Below are positions 6,512 to 13,496 of a stretch of 15,230 nucleotides of DNA, in pieces. The position numbers and the translations under genes are program-made. Below the pieces are notes generated by a model that worked only from the letters and a program-made list of their open reading frames with translations, ran no database searches and was not told where the DNA came from. Position 1 is the stretch's first letter, and the number at the start of each line of letters is the position of its first letter. Location of the stretch: the sequence record KY579375.1; one strand, given 5' to 3'.

Positions 6512-6708
6512 CTCTCTAATAATACTTTGAACATCTCGTATGCTTCTTTGGCCTCTTTACTATCTAATATACCTAATATTTTTAGAAACTCTGCATAGGG
6601 TATAACTGCTGCAGCACCGCCCAAAGCTAATATTGTAGTTATTGCCTCCTTTAGTTTGTTCTCATCTACCTCACTTTGCGGGAAAAAATCGTTTGTTAAT
6701 TTCCTCAA
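6484..6708 (-). CDS. Small hypothetical protein, start uncertain
   Basis: Open frame fills the gap between e73 and the T5-like promoter and reads as amphipathic helices. No well-placed ATG/RBS. Confidence 0.4.
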   Translation of the reverse strand: MRKLTNDFFPQSEVDENKLKEAITTILALGGAAAVIPYAEFLKILGILDSKEAKEAYEMFKVLLERIDRLKKEI

Positions 6709-6892
6709 TTTTTGGTTGGAGTTCCTTAGGTAGTTTTTCCTTATTCTGAATTAGCCACATCACCACAGCTTCTTCTATTATCTCAGTCATATCCCTGTTC
6801 AGATAGACAGATACTAACTTCAGTACTTGATAGACATCTTCATCGAATGCTAATGTAGTCTTCTTTTTTGTTATCTTTTTACTTTCGACCAT
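6671..6892 (-). CDS. e73: E73-like RH3 (ribbon-helix-helix-helix) DNA-binding protein
   Basis: MVESKKITKKKTTLAFDEDVY...LNRDMTEIIEEAVVMWLIQNKEKLP is near-identical to recalled SSV-RH E73; 73 aa from ATG 6892; RBS GTGGGGA. Confidence 0.92.
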   Translation of the reverse strand: MVESKKITKKKTTLAFDEDVYQVLKLVSVYLNRDMTEIIEEAVVMWLIQNKEKLPKELQPKIEEINKRFFPAK

Positions 6893-6911
6893 CTGTGTCC
6901 CCACAGATTAT

Positions 6912-6931
6912 TAAGAGAATTCTCTTATATA
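6912..6931 (-). promoter_or_regulatory. e73 promoter with overlapping 16-bp palindrome
   Basis: Minus-strand TATATAAG at 6931-6924; perfect palindrome TAAGAGAATTCTCTTA at 6912-6927. Confidence 0.7.
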
Positions 6932-6949
6932 TCTGCATCTTTATGGTTG

Positions 6950-7011
6950 GATTGATAGACAGAAAAATTTATATATGCAGATTGATAGATTGATAGATAG
7001 AGGGTCTGAAA
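6950..7011 (+). promoter_or_regulatory. T6-like early promoter with GATTGATA repeats
   Basis: Purine-rich BRE AGAAAAA, TATA TTTATATA at 6968-6975, GATTGATA at 6950, 6980 and 6988; ATAGATAGAGG at 6993-7003 resembles the SSV1 F55 site ATAGATAGAGT. Confidence 0.8.
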
Positions 7012-7302
7012 ATGGAACCTCAGGAGGAAAAAGAAGTTCTTGTGTCCCAAAGTTCAATTTATTTTTTATTAACGGAAGGAAGGAAAACGTATGGAAAGTC
7101 TTTAAATCTCAAGATTGAAATAAACGACGATGACAGAATAGAGAAAAAATTCTTTTTTACAGAAAAACCAGCACTAAAAGAAGTCCTATTAAAGATAAAG
7201 AGACTCTATGAGGTATATGAGGATTCAGAATCAGAAACACAGGAGGCAATAAGGAAAGAAGTACTTCTTGAGATTGCAAAGCTAATTTATTTATTCACAT
7301 GA
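7012..7302 (+). CDS. a100: SSV1 A100-like protein
   Basis: FLLTEGRKTYG...KIEI...KRLYEVY...AIRKEVLLEIAK follows recalled A100; first gene of the T6-like operon. Confidence 0.88.
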   Translation: MEPQEEKEVLVSQSSIYFLLTEGRKTYGKSLNLKIEINDDDRIEKKFFFTEKPALKEVLLKIKRLYEVYEDSESETQEAIRKEVLLEIAKLIYLFT

Positions 7303-7314
7303 CGGTGAGACTAA

Positions 7315-7584
7315 ATGAAAGCACAACTACCGAAACAAATACTGAAACAAATTATCTTTAACAGCAAAAACGCAGAGGAAGAAATAGAATTTGAAGAACC
7401 AGTGATGTTGACAAAGAGTCAGGTTAGGGAGGTGTTTGGTAGACCAAAAAGTATCATCACGGCAAACGGTGATCTATGGACTGAAGTACTATTCTATGAT
7501 TCAGGCGTGAAAATAGTCATCATATATGAGAGTCAAGATAACAAAATCTTCAGGATTCATAAAATCAAAATGGTGAGGGGATAG
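7315..7584 (+). CDS. Hypothetical protein
   Basis: RBS GGTGAG at 7304-7309; operon position; globular alpha/beta composition. Confidence 0.8.
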   Translation: MKAQLPKQILKQIIFNSKNAEEEIEFEEPVMLTKSQVREVFGRPKSIITANGDLWTEVLFYDSGVKIVIIYESQDNKIFRIHKIKMVRG

Positions 7585-7594
7585 GGGATTGGTA

Positions 7595-7843
7595 ATGAAA
7601 GCAAAGGTTGAGTATATCAAATTACCAAAGTCATCACATTCAAGATCTTACCGAAAGATAGAAGTGACAAGAAAGGATGGGATAATAGAGCTAACTCTGA
7701 CAGAATCTATGGATGTTGTCTCTTTCAAATTACCGCCCACCCTTAATGCGAAATTAGAAGAAGTTGCAGTGAAAATGAAAAAGTCAAAGAGTCAATTGAT
7801 CAGAGAGGCATTAGAGAAGTATCTTCAAAGCCTGGGGGGGTAA
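7595..7843 (+). CDS. c80: C80-like protein with C-terminal RHH domain
   Basis: VVSFKLPPTLNAKLEEVAVKMKKSKSQLIREALEKYL; ATG 7595 with RBS GGGGA. Confidence 0.9.
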   Translation: MKAKVEYIKLPKSSHSRSYRKIEVTRKDGIIELTLTESMDVVSFKLPPTLNAKLEEVAVKMKKSKSQLIREALEKYLQSLGG

Positions 7844-7845
7844 TT

Positions 7846-7953
7846 ATGTTTAGATGCCCCATCTGTGGTTTTGTTTCAGTTACATTATTTGCAGTATTTG
7901 CAGCAAAGCAACACGCAAGACTTACGATAAAAAAACATCTAGAGGTGGAATAA
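7846..7953 (+). pseudogene. a79: Internally deleted A79-like zinc-finger gene (35 aa)
   Basis: Not in the ORF track. Reads MFRCPICGFVSVTLFAVFAAKQHARLTIKKHLEVE*, i.e. the A79 N- and C-termini fused with the middle missing; 9-nt tandem duplication at 7886-7903. Confidence 0.75.
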
Positions 7954-7955
7954 GA

Positions 7956-8087
7956 ATGTATCAGTGTATTAGATGTGGGCAGATCTATAGAAAGAAAAAA
8001 GAAGTGATGCAACATTTAATAAAAGACCACAGACAAGGAACGTTCACTCTTGAATACTTTTATATGTATTTCAGGGTGAGAGAATGA
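7956..8087 (+). CDS. a45: A45-like C2H2 zinc-finger protein
   Basis: MYQCIRCGQIY...QHLIKDH; RBS GAGGTGG at 7942-7948 supports ATG 7956 rather than 7854. Confidence 0.88.
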   Translation: MYQCIRCGQIYRKKKEVMQHLIKDHRQGTFTLEYFYMYFRVRE

Positions 8088-8389
8088 CAATTCTATATGA
8101 TGTATTGTTATATTACGGGTTTCAATTCAATGACTATTGGACGACGATTTTAGGCGTTAATGTGGGTGCGCATGAGGCGAATATTATAGCAAAGCTGTTC
8201 ATGAGAAATAAATGGACACTAGCAATCTACAAATTTGATTTAGCAACAGTCGCTTTATTGCTAGGTTTTATGTTACCCACACTGCATCAGACAGAACTAT
8301 TTTTGCTAATAGCGGATGTTGTTGAGTGTCTTGTTACTCTCAATAACATATTCGCGATTAGGAGGCATAAGAGGGGGAAGAAAAAATGA
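8084..8389 (+). CDS. Small membrane protein, SSV1 C102-like (DUF5658-like)
   Basis: ND.WTT..G...GAHEAN motif, hydrophobic helices, basic C-terminus; ATGA coupling on both sides. Confidence 0.8.
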   Translation: MTILYDVLLYYGFQFNDYWTTILGVNVGAHEANIIAKLFMRNKWTLAIYKFDLATVALLLGFMLPTLHQTELFLLIADVVECLVTLNNIFAIRRHKRGKKK

Positions 8390-8985
8390 GCCGACTGCTT
8401 ACTATACTATATAATTATGAAATAGTATCACAGAATGACGGCAAGACAATATGGGTCACTGAGTTAGCCAGATGTCTGAGAAGAAGTTTTCTAATGCGGA
8501 AGGAAGGCAAAGTGAAGTTGAACCATTATGAGATAATGAAGATGCATATAGGATCCGGGTTACACATGAGGTTACAACGGATCCTACAGAAGAACGGTTT
8601 TGAGGTTGAGAAAAGGGTAGAGAGGAAAACCGCCTTAGGCTTTACTGTTACGGGGAAGGTTGACGCTTACGATAAGGAAGAGGGCACAGTTTACGAATTG
8701 AAATATACACATGACGACCAGTTGAATAAGGTTAAGTTGAACAACTACCTAAGGCAACTGAACTATTATATTGAGATGACTAATGCGACTAGAGGCTATC
8801 TGGTGATTGTTCACGCTGATGGTTCAGTGGAAGAGATTAAGCGTAACCGTGTAGAGACTGACTTAGAAAGCCGTGCTAATGCTTTTGGGATTTACGTGAA
8901 GGAAAACATTCAACCACCGCCAAAGCCTAAACCTGATTCTGAGTGTCTGGATTGCCCATTCTTCAAACTATGTTGGGGGGATTAA
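8386..8985 (+). CDS. cas4: Solo Cas4-like RecB-family exonuclease with Fe-S cluster
   Basis: VTELARC (Cys1), GSGLH, GKVDAY, YELKY, QLNYY, and C-terminal CLDCPFFKLC. Confidence 0.93.
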   Translation: MSRLLTILYNYEIVSQNDGKTIWVTELARCLRRSFLMRKEGKVKLNHYEIMKMHIGSGLHMRLQRILQKNGFEVEKRVERKTALGFTVTGKVDAYDKEEGTVYELKYTHDDQLNKVKLNNYLRQLNYYIEMTNATRGYLVIVHADGSVEEIKRNRVETDLESRANAFGIYVKENIQPPPKPKPDSECLDCPFFKLCWGD

Positions 8986-8987
8986 GG

Positions 8988-9359
8988 GTGTCTGTTATCA
9001 GAAAATATCAGAGCGGAAACAAAGGGGTATTCTTTCATCTTAGTGTTGAAGAATACGAGAGATACAAGAACCTAACTTCTGAACAGAAGAAACTAATACG
9101 TGCAGTCGTTAAGTCATTAATCTATAACCCGGGTTTGTTGGATGAATCTAACTATCTCTATAAGTTACTGACAAGTAAAGCAGTCTCACCCTACGTTTGC
9201 CCCCTCTGCTTAATGCCCTTTAGTTCTTCCGTTAGTCTGAAACAACACATCCGTTATACGGAACACGCAAAGACTTGCCCGGTGTGCGGTAAGGAGTTTA
9301 GAAACACAGACTCGACTTTAGACCATGTTTGCAAAAAACATAATATCTGCGTTAGTTAG
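8988..9359 (+). CDS. b129: B129-like tandem C2H2 zinc-finger DNA-binding protein
   Basis: CPLC...HIRYTEH and CPVC...HVCKKH; GTG 8988 with RBS GGGGGGA. Confidence 0.93.
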   Translation: MSVIRKYQSGNKGVFFHLSVEEYERYKNLTSEQKKLIRAVVKSLIYNPGLLDESNYLYKLLTSKAVSPYVCPLCLMPFSSSVSLKQHIRYTEHAKTCPVCGKEFRNTDSTLDHVCKKHNICVS

Positions 9360-9368
9360 GTGATGTTG

Positions 9369-9692
9369 ATGGACAAGGTCAGGAAATTATGGCTCCTCAT
9401 AATCATAGGTAACTTGTTTGATTACACGGTTACGCTTGTCCTATCCTATCTTGGATTGCTCTATATGGATCGCAATTTTTTCATACGGTATGACACAAGT
9501 TTCTTAGACGTTCTGATGACCTTAACCGGTGAGAAATTATTGCTCTTGAGCGGAGTTTACTGGTTTAGTAAACTATTCGATTATCTAAAAATCAGTAAGT
9601 ATAAGTGGATTGGACTACTACCTTTTGCAATAATAACTATGCTATTAGTGGGCTATATTATATTAGGTCTTATCGTTATCTTTCTCTTTTGA
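9369..9692 (+). CDS. Small multi-pass membrane protein
   Basis: Three to four hydrophobic helices; RBS AGGTGA at 9358-9363 favours ATG 9369. Confidence 0.8.
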   Translation: MDKVRKLWLLIIIGNLFDYTVTLVLSYLGLLYMDRNFFIRYDTSFLDVLMTLTGEKLLLLSGVYWFSKLFDYLKISKYKWIGLLPFAIITMLLVGYIILGLIVIFLF

Positions 9693-9693
9693 A

Positions 9694-9728
9694 GCCCTTT
9701 ATAAAGTCACACTTTCTTTTTCCGGCAA
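9694..9728 (+). promoter_or_regulatory. Leaderless promoter with embedded T-tract
   Basis: GCCCTTTATAAAGT identical to positions 1-14; TTTCTTTTT tract; ATG at 9729. Confidence 0.8.
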
Positions 9729-10664
9729 ATGAGGAAGGAACTACTTTCCCTAACCTTTCTAGCACTACTATTAATTCCAACACTAGGCATACTACCATCA
9801 GCACAAACAAGCCCAAATACATGGGTAATAGCGTTCTACCCCGGTTCATATCCTTCCGGTACCTCACCATCAAACTTTACCTCCTTCACAGTAAACTTTA
9901 CTATACCCCCTTTCCTGCAAACAAGTAATGGATATTTAGGATTCGTCTTGACGGCTACTGTGCCGGCCACAGAATATATTGGTGGACTTTATTCTGGCAC
10001 AGTGGATATTGCTCTACAAATAGGATTAATTTTTGTTACTCAAACAAACACTTATGTGTTAACAGCACAGGTATGGACACCCTATGGTACTCAAATTTAT
10101 GGTTATGCGGAAACTATTTATCTACCTGCTAACACTGAAGCTGTTATATCACTAATATATAATTATGCTAACGGACATGTGGCAATAGGACTTTTACAGG
10201 GAGGCGTAACGGTATATAATGTATATTTCCCAACATTGTATAGCCATAATAACTGTGTATATAATGTTACCAACAATGGCGGATTTTCAGAGCCTAGTGG
10301 GCAAAACCCGTCTTTTGCCATAGAAGGAACGTATACAGGTTCACCACCTTTTAATGATACTGGATGGGATGGAATGTGGTTCGACGGAGCCCCAATATCA
10401 GATATAAATGCTATGACTGGCTACTCTTCAGCAACCGGTGTAGGTGGTACCGCGTCAATACCTCCGTATTATGCTGAATCCGGTTTAACATTATTCCATA
10501 ATGTTTTGTTTAATTATTGGTATAACCCGTATGCATGGTATTTCAGTATAGGGACTCCACAAGATTATAGTGCTCATGGGTTGCACTACATTCAGCTATC
10601 TGAAGGTAAGGAATACAATACAATAAATGGTCTAAACTACGCTTTGCAATGGGTCCCACCATAA
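9729..10664 (+). CDS. Secreted beta-rich protein at the A291/B310 (killer toxin) locus; possible peptidase G1-like fold
   Basis: N-terminal signal peptide MRKELLSLTFLALLLIPTLGILPSA; N-glycosylation sequons; own promoter; located between the early block and vp4; LQIG and FAIEG motifs. Confidence 0.85.
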   Translation: MRKELLSLTFLALLLIPTLGILPSAQTSPNTWVIAFYPGSYPSGTSPSNFTSFTVNFTIPPFLQTSNGYLGFVLTATVPATEYIGGLYSGTVDIALQIGLIFVTQTNTYVLTAQVWTPYGTQIYGYAETIYLPANTEAVISLIYNYANGHVAIGLLQGGVTVYNVYFPTLYSHNNCVYNVTNNGGFSEPSGQNPSFAIEGTYTGSPPFNDTGWDGMWFDGAPISDINAMTGYSSATGVGGTASIPPYYAESGLTLFHNVLFNYWYNPYAWYFSIGTPQDYSAHGLHYIQLSEGKEYNTINGLNYALQWVPP

Positions 10665-10697
10665 GATATTTTAAGCAAATCTACTTTTTTTTAAAAC
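10665..10697 (+). promoter_or_regulatory. Terminator/promoter between the 311-aa and 111-aa genes
   Basis: TTTTAAGC at 10669-10676, T8 tract at 10685-10692, ATG at 10698. Confidence 0.6.
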
Positions 10698-11033
10698 ATG
10701 GAATTCTCGTCACTTCTAATTTTCGTTTCTGGTATAATCGTTTCTCTCTTAACTCTTTATTTCTCACCAGATTTTGGAAGGGTTAAACCAAATAAAAGAA
10801 ACCTATCAGTTGTGTTTTTATCAATAGTCCTTGTAGGGATAGGTTTGTGGTTTTATACCATTGACCACCCAACATTTATAGTACTACCATACAAAGAACC
10901 ACCAGGAGGGTTTTACCTTGGTCCGCCACCAACTAAATGTATTCCGCCTCCATGGTACGCTAACTTATGGCCATTCATAATCACAATAGGCTTAAGTATA
11001 CTTATAATTCCATTAATTAGACCAAAGAAATAG
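10698..11033 (+). CDS. Three-TM membrane protein at the C124-like position; candidate immunity protein
   Basis: Three hydrophobic helices, basic loops RVKPNKR and RPKK, and a Pro-rich loop. Confidence 0.82.
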   Translation: MEFSSLLIFVSGIIVSLLTLYFSPDFGRVKPNKRNLSVVFLSIVLVGIGLWFYTIDHPTFIVLPYKEPPGGFYLGPPPTKCIPPPWYANLWPFIITIGLSILIIPLIRPKK

Positions 11034-11066
11034 CCCTTTATAAACTCACTCTCTTTTTTACGCTTA
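11033..11066 (+). promoter_or_regulatory. Leaderless promoter of the virion operon
   Basis: GCCCTTTATAAAC, then CTCTTTTTT, then ATG at 11067; same layout as 1-34 and 9694-9728. Confidence 0.8.
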
Positions 11067-13496
11067 ATGAAGTGGGGTCTATCTTTACTTCTTCTAACAC
11101 TGTTAATTCTGCCTATTACCGCAAACGGTGTTATAACTGGTCCTCATCCTTATTTTGATGGTGGAGGCGGTTTTACCGGGCCTTTCTTCTCATACTCTAA
11201 GACAATTCAAGTTGGTTCCTCTACTTTTTCTTCTAAATATAATGGTTCAACACTTTCCACCGCACCTTGGCTTAACCCAACTTATATAAGCGTTTATAAC
11301 AAATACTACCTCCAAGTTTTACCGAATCAACAATATATTAATAATAACGTATCTCTTTCTCTTTCATCATCACAAATCGCACTAAACGTCACATGGTTAT
11401 TGGCATCCTCAGGCAATTCGGGATCATACGGTTCAATCGCCATAGGCTACGGTGTAAATTTCCCTTCAGGGTTTACGGGTAGCTATGCCCCCGCATCACC
11501 TTACGCCTCTGATGGGATTGTGGTTTATATGGAAAAAGGAAGCTTCCCAACATATAGATTATTCGTATACTTTGATGGTGTGAAACAGCTAAACGTGTCT
11601 GTGGGCTCAATTAGTGTTGGGCAACAAATAGGTTTAGGGTTCTGGTACTTACCCGCTTCAAACCAACTTTATGTTTATTACTATAACGGTACTTTGAAGA
11701 CTTTTTCAATAATACCGGGTCAAGTTATCAATAATCAATTTTACCCTCTCTCACTGAATACTGTGAACAGTAATTACGTTATCGACGCTCAGAATGTAGG
11801 CCCGGGTTATGGTTATGGGCAGTGGGTGGTGATAACATATTCGATTTTTCAGTCTAAAACTTATACAGCAACGCTAAGTTATACATCTGTCATCTTAGGT
11901 AATGGGGTTCAAGCGTTAGCGGGCTTTGTGGGGGCGAATAATCCGCTAAACGTTTCGACTAACGCAACGTCATGGAGTGTAGTATCTATCGTCAAAGTTG
12001 TAAATTATAGCGTTTCAAATTCACAGTATCCAGTAAGTGGCAGTGTGAGTTACACAGCGACAACTAAGGGTATTTACTTCATCCTTAACGTTTATCCTGC
12101 ACCTAACGTAAATACATGGTATCTTAACGTTACTGTGGAATTTCAGTTTGTAACAGCCTCAAGTACTGTCTACATGAATATCACAATCCCCGTTTTTGTT
12201 GGGGGATTTGCGGTTCAGGTACAAGTTAATTTACCGCAATCATCATATTTAAGTGGTCAGACTATCAGCGTAACTAATTCAACAACAATAATGTATCCTC
12301 CTAATGCCGGTTATTCGTTAGTGCAACCCCCTAAAGTGCTTATAAATATCCAGGGTCTAACAAACGGCTTTGTGGCGTTACCGTATATAATTACAGCAAA
12401 TGCAGTTGTCCCTACCACTTATTATTATATTATCAACATTCAGTTGGGGCAATTCTCTCTAGGTAGTGCAACCGGGACTATAACCATTTACCCCGTTTCG
12501 CCCTTACCGGTGATCTTTATTGGGCAATACCCCCACACAGCACAGGTAGGCACGAAAGTAACGATTACTTTCCAATTCAGTTACAACACGCCCGTTTCAA
12601 ACGTTACTATGTCAGCGTTTGTTCAGACTACTTCAACATTTGCATGGGCTTATGCATCTATAATAACATCTTCATCAGTGATGCAATTCAAGGGCTATTG
12701 GCTATCGGCGGGCGATGGGATACTATTAATTACGCAAAATCAGAATTATCTCATTCCATTCAATTTCACAGGCATATCATTTTACAATAATAGCGTGAAT
12801 ACAGTACAGATTGGTATTATTAATAATGGATTGCAATTGACGATTAATGGTTACACCCTCAATATAGCGAATACTTCACCCGTTATCGGTTTAGGGTTCT
12901 ATTACGGTGCCGGTAAACTGGTTCTTAACTGGTTCTTTGTTAGCGGTATCGTTTTGCAGAGTGCAACAGCAAACCAGGCTTACGTAATATCGATTGGGAC
13001 TAATCCATCAACACTCACACAGTATACGACAGGGTACACAAACAGTAGTGGTTTCGGTCAGGTTACGATTACACTGACTGACACACCTTACCAATTAATC
13101 AATATCTACTGGGCTGGCGTAAACAAAAACGTTTTGCTAAATATCACTGTGACTCAGCCCACCACAACAACTACTTCTACCGTGAATGTGTCAACATTAA
13201 ACTACAACTATACACAGCCGTTTACCCAGAGTATCCAGCCTAACAGTTCACTCTATAATTTCAGTAATGAACAGCCATGGGCAACAATCATAGGGGTTGT
13301 GGTTACGTCGTTAGTAGCGTTATTAGGATGGAAATTCGGTGGAAAGGCGGGAGCCAGTGGAGCTGTGGTGATGGGATTAATTATGACAGCATATTTAGGG
13401 CTAATGCCTTGGTATTTGTTTTATATATTCATATTTGGAATTGCAATGTTATTAGCAAAAGTAATGATAGACAAATTTATGGGGAGTGATGAGTAA
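11067..13496 (+). CDS. vp4: VP4 tail/receptor-binding protein (C792-like)
   Basis: 809 aa; signal peptide, long beta-rich ectodomain with many NxS/T sequons, Thr-rich linker, C-terminal TM helices; synteny. Confidence 0.93.
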   Translation: MKWGLSLLLLTLLILPITANGVITGPHPYFDGGGGFTGPFFSYSKTIQVGSSTFSSKYNGSTLSTAPWLNPTYISVYNKYYLQVLPNQQYINNNVSLSLSSSQIALNVTWLLASSGNSGSYGSIAIGYGVNFPSGFTGSYAPASPYASDGIVVYMEKGSFPTYRLFVYFDGVKQLNVSVGSISVGQQIGLGFWYLPASNQLYVYYYNGTLKTFSIIPGQVINNQFYPLSLNTVNSNYVIDAQNVGPGYGYGQWVVITYSIFQSKTYTATLSYTSVILGNGVQALAGFVGANNPLNVSTNATSWSVVSIVKVVNYSVSNSQYPVSGSVSYTATTKGIYFILNVYPAPNVNTWYLNVTVEFQFVTASSTVYMNITIPVFVGGFAVQVQVNLPQSSYLSGQTISVTNSTTIMYPPNAGYSLVQPPKVLINIQGLTNGFVALPYIITANAVVPTTYYYIINIQLGQFSLGSATGTITIYPVSPLPVIFIGQYPHTAQVGTKVTITFQFSYNTPVSNVTMSAFVQTTSTFAWAYASIITSSSVMQFKGYWLSAGDGILLITQNQNYLIPFNFTGISFYNNSVNTVQIGIINNGLQLTINGYTLNIANTSPVIGLGFYYGAGKLVLNWFFVSGIVLQSATANQAYVISIGTNPSTLTQYTTGYTNSSGFGQVTITLTDTPYQLINIYWAGVNKNVLLNITVTQPTTTTTSTVNVSTLNYNYTQPFTQSIQPNSSLYNFSNEQPWATIIGVVVTSLVALLGWKFGGKAGASGAVVMGLIMTAYLGLMPWYLFYIFIFGIAMLLAKVMIDKFMGSDE

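Noticed and set aside
4931-6519. Plus-strand ORFs 4931-5179, 5296-5538 and 6334-6519
   Set aside because: Antisense to the leftward operon; the Ser/Leu/Phe-rich composition is what reverse-read Glu/Lys codons produce.
6650-6680. Frameshifted ATG start (6665) for the 74-aa ORF
   Set aside because: The GAGGT is only 2 nt from that ATG and the frame closes after four codons; there is not enough evidence to call a second frameshift.
7854-7955. N-terminal extension of a45 in the ORF track
   Set aside because: It overlaps the a79 remnant in another frame; the RBS supports ATG 7956.
8943-8987. N-terminal extension of b129
   Set aside because: It overlaps the cas4 Fe-S motif; GTG 8988 has the RBS.
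7800-9928. ORFs 7800-8015 (-), 9605-9928 (+) and 9676-9873 (-)
   Set aside because: They overlap real genes and a promoter in other frames or strands, with no independent support.
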